DNA from: Lepidodermella squamata
Taxonomy: Eukaryota > Animalia > Gastrotricha
Assembly (NCBI GenBank): GCA_047495785.1
Contig: JBLDXI010000045.1
Coordinates: 186,001 to 250,000 of the forward strand
Direction: 5' to 3'
DNA length: 64,000 nucleotides
The number at the start of each line of letters is the position of its first letter. Positions within the stretch are counted from its first letter, which is position 1. Both the position numbers and the translations under genes were made by a program. Shown piece by piece: positions 13,301-26,317 of the stretch. The notes under the pieces were generated by a model. It saw only the letters and a program-made list of their open reading frames with translations, made no database searches and was not told the DNA's origin.

Positions 13301-14195
13301 TCGTTACGAAACGCCTCATCATCTCCATAAAACGCCATACACTCCATATCTTCTTATGTGTATTATCATCACCAGATGAGTAACAAATCTCTTCACTTTT
13401 ATTCGCCAAACATGTTGTAGTATCAAAGTCTATAATAATAATAACAGTAAACTGTAAAAAAGCAAGCAGCCGGGTCAACAGTAAAGGTAATAATACTAAA
13501 AAAATGAAGCGAATTGCATAAAACTGGTTCAGGTAAAGCAAATCGGTGGTCGTATCGATGGTCATGATTTGAACGAATTTTAGTGTCTGTGGTGTCATGT
13601 CATGTCAGAGAATCGATTCTGTTGTAAGATAAGACAAACAATTAGTTTATACAAGAAAATTGCACTAAAAATGGGTCATTATAATTATTATTAAAAAAAT
13701 CCGCCTTAATAATACGTTAATTATAAAAAAGCACAACAATGTGTTTGGATTAGAGCGTTAAATCAAACGGGGCCTTTAATCTAGACGTTTAATCACGCAA
13801 TTACCGTGACAAGGCGTCCGCAGAATAAGCTAGAAAAAATAACAACGGAAAATCTAATAATAGCAATGTAGTATGTAATCAAGTGCCGCCCACAATTATT
13901 AACAACTGCGGTTGTAAACAGCGGCTAGAATTAAATCTGCGCTTATAGGTGGCAATTCCGCGTTACCAACGAACCGCGTCAAAAACCAACGAGCGTGAAT
14001 GTTAGTGTAATAAAATCTACCATACGCGCTACTTGATAGAGTTACAAGCGTGTGCGGCCAATATGGCACCGAATTTCAATTAGCGGAAACTGGTTACATA
14101 TGTGTCTAGTCAATATTATACCGAAAAATACTGTTCACTTCCGAGCTGTTTCATTTCGCGGTCTAATTTGTCGACTGCGGTCACTTTCTATATAG

Positions 14196-16214
14196 TTAAA
14201 CCCCAATGTAATTGAAAACAAAAATAACAGGCCGCCGTAAAAACGTGTCATCGTTACCTTTGCGGAAAGACGGCAGCCGCAAGCCCTTGTATTTATTTGT
14301 CCAAAACTGCTCCTCGCGCCTGCTGCTGTGTTGACTAGGCGGTTGACGCTGGGCGGACGCGTTCAACATTCGCGCTTTTTGTTCCGGCGCAGCGGCACGT
14401 CGCGTTTTCTCCTCGTGTAACATTGAAAACGTTTTTATAAGCGCATTCATTAGAACAACCTGTGTAAACAACAAAACCCGGTTTGAACACGTTTTCACTG
14501 TGATACGATATTTTCAAAATAAAACGGACAATTAAAATAGTATTTTTCAAAATCACCACGCAACGTTTTCTGAATATAAAAACTACCCAGAAATTCTATT
14601 CAACTATCATAAATAAGCTCTAGTAAATTCTCAAAAATTACCGGGGCTTAATAATTGAAAATAACGCAAAAAGAAATTTTTTCATTTAATTTCTAAATTT
14701 CGATTTGAATTATTGAAAAATAATTTCGTTGAAAATGCTGGAAAAGGCTTCACCACAAAATTTTATAAAAATATCTCCCAATTTTCAAGTTGCGCTAAAT
14801 TGATAGAAACAAACAAATTCATTCAGCAACTCTTGATGGAATTTTTCGTAATTTTTCGTAAGTTTCAGGTTCCCTTAAAATGACGACTGGTCACAGGCGC
14901 ATGAATAAATCAATTCCCAATTTAAGCTCAATTTTTCAACATTTTTTTCAATTTTCGGCGACGCTTTTACGATGAAATAAATAGATATAACCAACCTGCT
15001 TCGAGATCAAATGTATATCTCGCACGAGTACGAATTCGGTAGATTTTTCGTCAGGTGTGGGCGACGAAGCGGCAGACCCACCCTTGTGTTGCCGCGTTGA
15101 AAATTTCAAATGCAACGAGCCCGTTTTGTCGTCAAGATACGGCGTCATGTAGCGGTAACTCAGCGCCGTCATCAGCGACATGTCGGCCTCTTTCAACACG
15201 CAAACACCATAGCTGTTAATTGCAACCATCACATCAACATCGTTACACCCGTACAAGCGGCCAAGAAGGCGCAGTTTTGCTGAGTAAAATGCAGATGCGT
15301 AAATTGGCAGTTCCGAGCATATCGATAGATAGCGCTGCTGACACTCTGCGTCAGTGAAAGAGCCTAGCGATCAAATAAAACCGTTATTTTTTTTCAACAC
15401 CTCGATGAAATTTTGACAAACCATAAGGACCGTTTGTCACTTGTTGATGAGCCCGGCGTGCGTTTTCAATAAATTTTGTTCGGACTGACTGAGCGCATGG
15501 GCCTGTAGCGAAATACTTCCACCAAGAACTGCCAGCTGAGGTATTGTTCCAACTTATAATATGATCCGGGTACAATAGATGAATTCGTTCTTCGTAAAAC
15601 GCTTCGTCATGAGATTCTTCGTTATATCGGCCGTATTCGATTGTAGCTCGAAGACCAGCTAATTCGTGGTATTTGAAAGGATCGCCACTCACAACGCGGC
15701 TACATAAGATATTTTGAGCAGCTTCAGCATACAGCAAATGCCGCGCATTTTTCGAAAAATCAGGGCGGCATATGAGCTGAAAAAAATTGCAATAAAATTT
15801 CGAAATATTTTTCAAGGCACCAACCATTTTTTCTTTTTCAATTGGGTAAAATACATTACGGCGAAACACAACAACTGGAATTTCATCGAGCAGGCCGCCG
15901 GAGCTCCAAATTGCGTTATTATCTTTTTCGGAAGACAGCATCTCGCCATGCTTTTCGACCAGCCCGCCCCATTGACTTAATACTTGGCAGACCACGTGGT
16001 GAGGTTTCAATTGCAGCTCCAAACTTGGCGACATGATCCAGATTGCGAACAGATTTCGAGCTTCTTCGCCGAGTTCCAAATCTTCAACAACGAATGACAC
16101 CATTTCATCTGCAGTGGCCGTGTGAACGCCGCCAACGACCTGAAGGCGCAGCAGTGATTTATCGGCCAACATCAACCGGAATTCTTCAACGGTCGGGTAT
16201 CCTAATTGAGTCAT
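14196..16214 (-). CDS. FRMD8: FERM domain-containing protein 8 (iTAP) orthologue, multi-exon
   Basis: LFAIWIMSPSLELQLKPHH, VVFRRNVFYP, LLYAEA, ELAGL and final SKQ|VVLMNALI match FRMD8-type FERM motifs. Confidence 0.8.
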
Positions 16215-16642
16215 TTTTGAACCAAATACCCTAGAAAAAACACAATTTACGTTTAATACTGTCGTTTTATTTGAGATTTAATGCAGTGCTATTTGCTGGG
16301 TATAAATAAATAAACTGTAAAAGAAAAAATTGAAAATTCTTGGTATAATTTAGCAATAAGTCAACTATATAGATCTGAAGAGATACCGCGAGATGCACAA
16401 TAAAATAGCCCGTGGAAGAAGTGCTACTCAAAAATTGTAGGTCGTAACAAAAACAATGCGTTGAGAATTGCCGCGCTTATTGCTGCAACATATATTTTCA
16501 TATCATAGATATTAATATAAATAGCACAACCGTAAAACCGTATAGCGAGTAACAGATTTGTTGCGTTTTTTCGCACATTGTCAAGAGAATTTTCGGCGCC
16601 GTACTTGAGCAAACAATCAGAGTCGTGACTGCCTTACGTAAG

Positions 16643-18014
16643 TCACTGGCTTGCCACAGGCGAGCGGTACATTCGAACAAAGAATAAAAATAAGTATCTC
16701 AAACTGAGAGCGAAGGCGAACGATAGAAAGACGTAGGAAGCCATGAAGAAAAGGTGGAGCTTAGCATAATACTTCCATGTGTAATGCAGAACAGATCTAC
16801 CATTGAATTTTTTAACACCACAAACTGCGCTGGAGTCGGAATTTTCAGGAAAACGACCGGTTTTATAAAAAGTATCTAACATTGCTTCTTTCTCGTAGAA
16901 AAGCCCATACATCCATTTTTGGAGTTCGGCTTCGTCATGGAATGGAATGTCGGAATAGCGGTACACCCGGTAAAGCATGTGCACTTCCATCACTGGACGA
17001 GGGCGGCCCAAGAAGACATCGCCGAGCGTCGGGAAGGGTTGATTGGGTGGATAGGCCATTGTTATATCAATCAGCCATTTGGGGGCAGCATTAACTAGAA
17101 GTGAAAAATAAGTTTTAAAGCAAGCAAAATCTTGATAAGAAAACGAAAACTAACCATCAGGACAATCTCTAAAAGCATTATAAGCAGCGTTAAGACATCC
17201 GAATCTAGGCAGAGTCACGTGCTGAAGCTTCGGGAATCCTTTCTCAGTACAATATCTGAAGTAGATAGAGATGTAGAATTTAAGACAAAAACAGGGTTTT
17301 TCTTCTTACTTCTCGTTAGTTTTACGGCGCTGCTCTAGAAAACCGCCTTCTGGGTAGAATACCAGCCATCTTCGGTTGCGGCGATGGAAGACATCTTTGA
17401 TATGCGATGTTAGGCGTAACGTTTCTCGCTCTCGAAACTCTTTGCCCTATAAAGTGAAACGGTTACCGTAATTTCTTTATGAAATGTTTCCCACTTACTG
17501 GTTTTATGAAGAAATCTCCGTGGCAATAAGCAACCCAGCCAAGGAATGTCTTCAAATAACTTCGATCCATAATCCACATCATATTCTCAGTTACTTCAGG
17601 CGTATTGACAAATTTATGCATAAATACTGGAACGTCGGCACTGTCCAAATGGTTGGATATAACGATAGCTCTATCTCCAGCCAGAGTGCTGATATCAACA
17701 CCTTCTTCAAAAACTGAAATAAAGCGTACTTTAATGAAGGAATTACGATCATAATGAGGCAAGTTACCTTCGTACCCAGTCGCAACAAACCAACAGGAGA
17801 CAAACGATAGCAGCCACTTGTAGAGCTTCGCTTCAACCCGCAAATATAAAGCGTTGAAGCAGTTTCGTGTGCTGCATATACAGAGTAGCACTGAGAGTAG
17901 TTTTATGGTCGCCAGGATGGAAAAATAAGTCATCAAACAGCATGAAATGCCGATAACCACCCAGGTAAATCTGCATACCGCCCGGAATACCTCATATAAC
18001 TTGAGGGTAAACAT
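16643..18014 (-). CDS. LPGAT1: Lysophospholipid acyltransferase LPGAT1-like, multi-exon
   Basis: Catalytic NHLDSAD (HxxxxD), MWIMD..GWVAYCHGDFFI, middle exon WLVFYPEGGFL, and C-terminal YRVY..W.Y..FYEKE.ML..FY.TG.FP. Confidence 0.88.
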
Positions 18015-18192
18015 CTAAAATCAAAGCAATCATATTAAAATCGTGCTGAAACCTCGAGTCACAGAAACAATATCTGGAAACCGAGAAATAACGAATCACA
18101 CGAGATTCCTGAAACAACTATATGGACTTCCTAGGAGCACTAGTCATGACCTTCTGTCCCTATAAATCTGCCTCACGCTCATAGATGCTGCT

Positions 18193-19809
18193 ATGGTTTC
18201 GAGCGTGGCTGGCATGCTCCATGCCTATACAACCCTGAGATCGGTCTCCCATTTTCTGCAGAAAGTCGATGAGACACCCAACGTCAAGCGCGAGGCTCTG
18301 CTTGAAGGACTGATCAACCTGACAAAAATATCACGATGGCATAGCGTCGAGGAATTTTCGACTGCCTGGCTCGCTGCTGGGGTTTACCGCGATGTTCCAG
18401 ATCATGGTTGTGAGGCGCATTATCGTATCGGGCCGCTGAGCGATCTCAAGCTTCAAGCTGTTACTCGATGGATGTCTTGTAATGAGTCTACGATCAGCGG
18501 TTCTGCTAATGAGGCGAGAACCGAGAACTATCCGAACGTTTGTTATTCGATTAATCCGTAATCTGAAGGCATGTCCGGCCAATGTGTCGCTGTGGATAAA
18601 AAACCGCGAAAAATTACCACCCTAAGTTATTTGCGCATCAATTGGGTCGTAGGTGTGTGGTGTGCGACACAAAGGAATATCTGCGAAAAGGAGAATATCT
18701 GGACCGCCCGATCAAAAAAGAAGAGAATTTTGAGTGAAATGAAATGGAAAATTTATGGCCAGTTCCTAAAAAAAATATGAGCGAACGGATATGATTGTAG
18801 TCAACATGCAATAGCAGTTTTTTCTAATTTGAAATTTGAAATTACTTGATTGAGATTTTACCGGTTCAGTCTACTCTTATCGGTGGTGTGCAACACACCC
18901 AAGGGAAGCTCGGGCAGTACCGCGTCCAGAATTTTGTGAACGCCAAGGCAGATCTAATCGAGCGTGTTTCCATCCCAAGATCGTTTTTCTCTAACGGTTC
19001 CAAATGTACTCAACTTCTGCTAGGCGCGACTCGCCCCTTACGCCCACATTTGGTCCACTGTATTGACGAATTTCGGCAACATGGTAGCAGGGCGGTCGTG
19101 AGCTAGTTGTCGGTAAGGGCAACCATTGATCGGTTCCGAGATCTCAGGAAGATTCCCAACACCTGCGACGCCAAGCTTCGGAATGCCGGGGCTCACCACA
19201 CTCTTCCGTCTTCAGCACACTTCGTTCGGCTTTGAAATAAAGCATGCGACAAGCGTGCAGCGTGAAGGGCATGAAAACTGCACCCTGTCGAGCGTGTGCA
19301 GCATGCTCGCACCATCTATCAACTTCGGATGTCCAAAAATTGGTTCATTCTTTGGTTTGCAATTCACCAGTTGCTGAAAGCTGCAAGTTCCTCAATCCTC
19401 AATCCTCAACTGTAAGTTGTGTTTCTCCTCTATGCACATTCAGTGCGTGCAGGTTTCAGCAAGCTCCAAGCTCTTTCTCTCTTCTGAACTCAGTTTTGCC
19501 TCAAGCATCAAGCCAGTAATAGGCGTGAGTCATGAGCCTAAGATACGTCGCAATTATGGCGATGAAAACGCAAACCAAGTCGAAGGCCATCTGACAAACA
19601 AATCGGACGTGGTGCCGGTCAGCGAACCCGACTTAACTCTCACTCCGGTCATCCAGCTTGCCCCAAGTTCCTCGCTGGAGATGGCGAAGCCGGCCTTCTT
19701 CGGCAACCCGGCCCGCAAAGTCGACCTACTTTGGACAATCACGGCCACACACGATCCTTCAAAGACGAAGCCCGGTGAAGAAGAAGCAGCTGGCAAAAAG
19801 GTAGCATGA
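18193..19809 (+). other. Locus X: SETDB1-N-terminal-like segment plus PxVxL-like module; exon structure unresolved, possibly a decaying paralogue
   Basis: ORF 18193-18561 has LRSVSHFLQKVDETPNVKREALLEGLI..TAWLA..DVPD, versus SETDB1 [39 protein letters not shown] 19417-19809 has EPDLTLTPVIQLAPSSSLEMA, versus gene Z DPKLKLVPVVRLEKISAEAIA. Intervening frames contain stops. Confidence 0.45.
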
Positions 19810-20162
19810 GATTTTAGCATAGTGATGCATGAGCGTACAGTTGACTATCAACGTTTGGGATGGCTTTTCCACCATGGTAGACAGAAAAGAGAAGCGGGCG
19901 TGCACCATCAAGCTGTTGCTGAACGAATGGTTGCTACAGCGGCTTGAAAACGTCCCGATCGAGCCTGAAATGACTACGGACTTTGTCACCCTGAAAACTG
20001 TCCCAACTGAAGTCAGCAGCCTTTTTGTCTCAATCTATATTTTTTATTTTTATTTTTTGAAATAAAGCTGATCGCAGTCTCCTGCGATAATAAAACAATT
20101 TTTAATCATATTTAATATAAATTAGAAAAATTAATACCAAGGTCGAATAATTTTAAATAACT

Positions 20163-20172
20163 TTTTGGCGCG
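20163..20172 (+). promoter_or_regulatory. Candidate E2F site upstream of SETDB1
   Basis: TTTTGGCGCG matches TTTSSCGC, at the edge of an AT-rich tract about 480 bp before the SETDB1 ATG. Motif match only. Confidence 0.25.
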
Positions 20173-20651
20173 CTTCTTTATGCGGGATTGTCAGTTTTTT
20201 GCGGCTCTTATCGCAACGCATCGAACCTCCCAGCCCGAAGTGGGGGTTGCGGATTGCGAACGGCATGAGAGTGGAGAAGGGGGGTTAAAGAATTTGCTGG
20301 GAAAGAATCTTGCCCCGAGAAAAAATAATTGGGCAGTGAACCCGATTTGAAGCATTTCTAGGCTATTTCTGGCAAATAAATCCTTGAAAATCATGGCGTT
20401 AGCTGCAGCTCGAATGGTTGCTGTGTGATTTTTCTGCAACATCAGCTTTTTTTTAGTAGCGTCTTCCAATTTCGTTGGTAGAAGTGCTCTCTCAGAGGGC
20501 TCACTCTCAGATAGAAACGGCTTTAAGTGTTTCACTCCACATATCCATTAGTTGGCTGCCCCGGCTTCTCCCCTGGCTGTGTTACCCTAGTGCCGTCCTT
20601 GCCCTTGATTCAGTGATTATGGATATAACGGAATACTATTGTAAAATCTAG

Positions 20652-23600
20652 ATGACTGTTCGTAATTCAGACTCATTTGTTACGCTGGCCCAAGAAGACT
20701 TGGAGCAATTCCTGCAGGATGTTGATTGCTTGGATCTTGTTCGAAGGCTTCGAGAAGATGGTCTCTCTACCTGCATTTCTATTCCATCCGGTGAAACTTT
20801 TACCACGATATGTGAAAAGATGCGGCAAGTTGCGTTCAGTGCGGCCGTGCGTGATCGGATTATGAAGCATTTGACGGAGAAGGTTGAAGCTGTGATTATG
20901 ACGAATCGCATGTCTCTAGCTCTCGCGTGGCTTGGCGTTCTCATCGACGAGGCTCGCACAACGGAGAATCTCCAACGGTTTGTTGATGAGCGACGGCCTA
21001 AATTTCAAGGAATATTTTGTTTCTATATTAGAAAGGCTCTATTGGACGATTTCTTGAAGCAATACTTTGAGCACGCTGACAAGCTAAAAGACGAAACGAG
21101 AGTAATTTACAGCAATAATTGCAAATGGTCTAGCTTTAATCCGCCCGTTTATTTAGGATGACAGCGAAACAGCAGTGCTAGCCACGGCTCTGAAGATGTC
21201 AGCAGATGATGTCCCAAACGCAACAGCTGCTTTATCTTTTTTTCCTCAAATTCGTGACCTTTATCGTGACTGCCCTGATAAAGATCCATCGATCCAAGCC
21301 GATTACAATGTCGATGAATCTGTGTGGATTCAACAGTTGTTAACGTGTGGCAAGAATAATGGTGTTGATTTATATCCTTGGGCTGATGCTATGGAGATGT
21401 CGGCTGCTCAGATAAAGCAACTGATACTTCAGAAGCAAGTTGCTCTCATGAAGGAGTAAGTTATTACAGTGTTGCGAGAGTTGCTTGATGGACTAATTTT
21501 TAATTCTAGATGTAAAGTAAGCGTGGATCCGCCGAGGGCACCCAGCACGGAATTACCATCAGTCCCCGCCTCGTTTTACAGCACTAACCACTTGATGCCA
21601 GGCGTCAAACAGCCTACTGATCTACCAGTCGCCCAAGTTTTCAAAGGTGACCAAGTCTACTTGCCCGATCAACGTGGAGCTAACCACCCTTGGAAATTGT
21701 GGACGGTGATGCAGGTGAACAGAAATAAATTGTCATTGTTCGACCCGAACAAACCAGCGATGAAAATGGATTCGACGATAGAAGCCGTCGCGTCCTTCAA
21801 AAATGCGGCTGAAGAGGGAATTTGGTTTCCCGTTGGAACCCTTGTAGTTGGTTCGTTCGCTGCATATTAATGAATGACCCTGAACGAAATCATGTTTTGT
21901 TATGTTGATAGCATGGTGTGATAATGGCCAGAATACTACACCATTCGGTTTTGCTGACAATTATTATCAAGGAATAGTGTTGGAAAGTCCATGCGCATGG
22001 AACCGTTTCCGATACTTGGTGTATTTCGAAAAAGGCGAGCCACCAGCCTACGTTCGGCCTGACTTCGTTTGTCGTAGATTGAAGCAATGTTTGTTGTTTC
22101 TGCATTTTATGGTCATTTTTCTTATTTTGCTTTATTTAGTTGAAAATAACGTCGACCAGCTTACCGAGCTGTACGATCCAAAAGGCGAATTGCAAGAATT
22201 TTTCCAGCTTTTACCTCGCCGTCCATTTATCATGGCGGATGTTGGCCAAGCCTTGTCTTGTAGTTGCTTCAGCGGAATGTGCACAGTTACCGTCGAAGAA
22301 ATCGACTGCAGTCTTTTCAGGATTCAATACCAGCATCCGAAAGTTCTGCCTCCCGAATGGATATTTCGAGCTAGCAAACGATTCGAATTGATGGCTCATT
22401 TCTTAGTTAGTTCAAGTCAATTTTTGTGAAAACTAATGTAACTGTATGCGAAATATAGGTAACTGATCGGCAAGAAAACGGCAGTTTAGCCGAACCATCT
22501 CGTCGCCCACACCGTTTCAACTCATCAGCCACTGTTGAAGTCGCTAACTGGGAAGATATCGGCCCTGTTGTTGGCCCAGCCGAAGACAAGAAATTGTTGT
22601 CGAACGACGACACTTTTTCTCGAACTCGAGATATTAACAAGAAGCATAAACCGGTCGCAAGGAAGTCGACTATATCCGGCCTTGTCAACCACGGCAGGCG
22701 TAGAAAGCGAGCGAAATCACCCCCAGCAGTTCGATCGGCTGAAGAATTACAGGGTGTCTTGGTTAACGAAGAAGTCTCCAGTCGACGTGGTGGACGCCCG
22801 GAAGCTAGAGCTGCCTTGTAAAATTTTTTGGCGATTTGTTACCTACCATGACTATTTTTTTGTATTTTGTCAGTGTTCAGCATATTTGCTCGGATAAATG
22901 CGTTGCCGATGAAGCAAGTTTCTTCGCGAATCCTGATCCTTTGCGAAACCGGAATCCGTTGACTATCCCGTTTTTATGCGGGTGGACGCGTCTTCCATCT
23001 CCGAGCTCTAACCAATCGATCGTTTATTACGCGCCATGTGGAAGAGCTTTGAAAAACGCGGCCGAAGTCGACTGGGCTCTTGTCAATGAATATAAAAGCC
23101 GGTTGACTATTGACATGTTCTCTTTCGAGAGGGATGTGGACATTATCAAGCGATTTGAAACGACTGCGGTATTTATTGTTTTATTTTGAATTGTTCAGGC
23201 TCATTTGATTTATTTCTATTTTAGCCGAAGAAACTGGTCAGCGATATGAGTAATGGCGAGGAGAAGCACCAACCACTGCTTATGGTTAACAAGTTTTCTG
23301 AAGAAGTTCTCGACGGATTCCAGTACTCAAATAAGTGTGATTTATCGAATAACATCCCTCCTGATGCGTTTGAGACCGATTTTCTGGTCGGTTGCGACTG
23401 CACGGACGGGTGCCGCGATCCAACCAAATGTTTTTGCCGCCGCTTGACTGCAACATCTGCCGCCAAGCCGGACGGAAATGTTGGTTACGACTTCAAACGG
23501 CTGTTGAAATCCGTTCCCACTGGGTAAAATTTGCCTGCGAAATGTTCAATTTCGATTCTAATTAACTATTTTTTTTTAGAATTTATGAATGCAATTCCAA

Positions 23601-24387
23601 GTGTAAATGCGCTTGCAATCCGTCGAATTGTTTGAACCGCGTCGTTCAAAATGGCATGCGTGTTCGCCTGCAGGTGTTCAAAACAGCCGACAAGGGCTGG
23701 GGCGTGCAAGCCATTGATGACTTGCCGCGTGGCCAGTTCTTATGCACCTATTCAGGCGAGATTTTAACGAGCGACGAGGCTGATAAAGTTGGCCGGCAAA
23801 ATGGCGATGAATACTTGTACGATCTCGACTTCATCGACACTGCTATTCGTGTCAAACAATTTGGAGACATTGATGATGACGCATCAGAGGCATCAGAGTA
23901 TGGGCACTGAATTTGTTCTTATAATTTGGTTATATCGATTTTTTTACTTTAGGGATAGTGGCAATGGTATGGAAGTTGAACATAATGGCACAAATGGCCA
24001 GCCTGCTGCACATCGCGAGGCGTATAGTGCCTCCCTTGTTCGATTATATCACGGTTCGGCTGAAAATTATGCCTATGTAATGGACGCGAAACGTCGCGGA
24101 AATTTGTCGCGATTTTTCAACCACTCCTGTGATCCAAATTTGACGGTTCAAAGCGTTTTTGTCAATACACATGACATGCGCCTGCCTGTTATTGCTTTCT
24201 TCACTTCTCGCCGCATCCGTGCTGGCGAGGAACTTACCTGGGATTACAGCTACGAGCCTGGCAGGTGAATTTTCGGCGGAAAAACTCGTTTTAATTTTTA
24301 GCTAAATTTCTTTGATATTTCAGCGTTCCCGGCCGAATTATTCTCTGCAAATGCGGCTCTTCAATTTGCCGTGGTCGTCTGCTGTAA
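20652..24387 (+). CDS. SETDB1: Histone H3K9 methyltransferase SETDB1/eggless (Tudor, MBD, pre-SET, split SET, post-SET), multi-exon
   Basis: Tudor [29 protein letters not shown]; [25 protein letters not shown]; pre-[13 protein letters not shown]; [52 protein letters not shown]; last exon 24324-24387 [13 protein letters not shown]. Confidence 0.95.
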
Positions 24388-24560
24388 AAAATGACTATCT
24401 AGTGGAACTTTGATCAAATCACTTGCTCAGCACCAATGTGCGTAGTTGTTTTTCCGGTCTCCAAAATTATTGCTCCGGTTTTTAATAAGTTGCATAGTTT
24501 TTAATAGGTATTTTCCTTTTTTTGGGTAGAACTTATAATTTATTGAGATGGAAGAATAAA

Positions 24561-25828
24561 ATGGACGAGGAGGACAACATGCTGCTGTCGCGGTCCTGCG
24601 TTGGACTGTCGAAACTCAGCTGGCTGATGTACGAGTTGTCCAAAACCCATAACCCAAGCAGGTATGTTATTGATGCCATAATAATTTAACCGGGTATGCT
24701 ACCAAAAATTACCAAACCAGTTACCCTCGGGGTTTTCTCCAGTGAATTTTTTTCGGTAAATTCGTGGCTGAAGGATAGAATATTCTCCCGATAGGCTTAA
24801 TTATTGAAAAATAGTTCAATTCGTACAATAAGTTGAAAAAATTGAAGAGTTGTTGCTTAACTTATGGGTCACACTTGATATTCTGTAGGACTTTTGACTG
24901 ATAGTTGAAAAAAATGATTTCGTAGAATTTGAAATTTCGAATTCATTTTTCGAATTTGAAATTGGCTTCCACTGAAAGATATCTTGTGTTATATTTGATT
25001 ATTGGATAATTACTTAAAAAGTTGAGTTCAACGTGCCACTAAAGAAGCCACTTAATGGACACATTTACGTGGCTGCATATTATATTATTAAGCGTCCTTT
25101 CATTCATTAAAAGTTGCGGCTTTATTAATACTTGCCGGACTTCATTTTCACGCATTATTGAGAATTTAAGCTTGAGGTTTTAAAGCAGCTTCTAAATGCC
25201 ATTTTTTTCCTCGTGATTTTGTAGGAAAGCAAATCTGGAAAAATTTATCGCGGAATTTCGGCGAAGTGTCGATGCTACGCGGCGATTTCATCAATTTTCA
25301 GCTGAAGACCGCGATTTGTGCGCGCGAATCGGCATATCGCTGCACAATTTGCCTGATCTATTCGTCAGTTTGTACTGGTTCGACGAGCTAAAACGGCTGT
25401 ACGACGAACGCGACCCAAGCGTTTGTATTTTATATTCCCACGATAACAACGTATCGGCAACGGTCGTATCGCCTGGCTTCGAGTCGCCGGGCGATGAACG
25501 CGAGGAGAACCAGCTGTGGCGGCAATCGCCGTGGCGGATGAGAATAGTCGAGAGCGTCCAAATCGGGACGAGAGCTTTTGAATCAGTCGAGATGGGGCAT
25601 GCGTCAACTCGACGCTCTTACCAACAATCGAGGTCTTTCAAACCGGAAGGTGACAAGGAAAAACAGCGGCCGAGTGGCTCGCAAATATGGAAAAGAGACG
25701 ATAAATTGAGCCGGTTAGCGGCTGTAGTCAAGCTTGAACGACTTTCGCATCGAGAGATCGCGCTGCTAAGCGGCCGATCAAGTTCGGAAGATAGCGGCTC
25801 GTCTGCCAAAAGGTCGAGAATCAGTTGA
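24561..25828 (+). CDS. Gene Y: about 234-aa protein with SETDB1-N-terminal-like segment, AVVKLERL module and basic tail
   Basis: Exon 1 24561-24661, intron GT(24662)..AG(25224), exon 2 in frame with ORF 25316-25828. By manual count 21 of 83 positions are identical, ungapped, to the SETDB1 N-terminal region. Confidence 0.8.
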
Positions 25829-26317
25829 GTCGTATATGACTAGTTTTCAGTTTTATCTAATCGATGGATCTAATCATGTTGTGCTGAATGACAATCTTCG
25901 ATTTGCCATATAATTATGAATTTTTCTTTGGTGCAGAACGTGCAAAATTAGACAACGCTTAATAATTCTCTACGTATTTTCAAGGAGAGCTCGGATTTTT
26001 CCTAGAATTCTTTACATTTATGGCCGATTTTTAGCAATACCAGACATTTTACGTATAAATGATGAAATTAATTCTTTTGAAGTTTTGCAAGTTCTGCAGC
26101 CATTATGACATATTGCTATACATCTGTTTTGGTTTTTTCTTTCATTTCGCGTAATATTCTGTCTTTTTGATCATGTCTCGAGAATTATTGTGTATTCTTA
26201 TTATTTGAAAGCTTACTATCGAGCTGGTTTGTTGGAAAATCATGGTTATAACTGAATATAAATATGAGATGTTTTCTCAATATTTTATCTAGGTTTTCTT
26301 TGTTTTGATTAATCTCC

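Noticed and set aside
7623-13598. Numerous 60-130 aa ORFs
   Set aside because: No recognisable motifs, no consistent exon chains, and composition like non-coding DNA.
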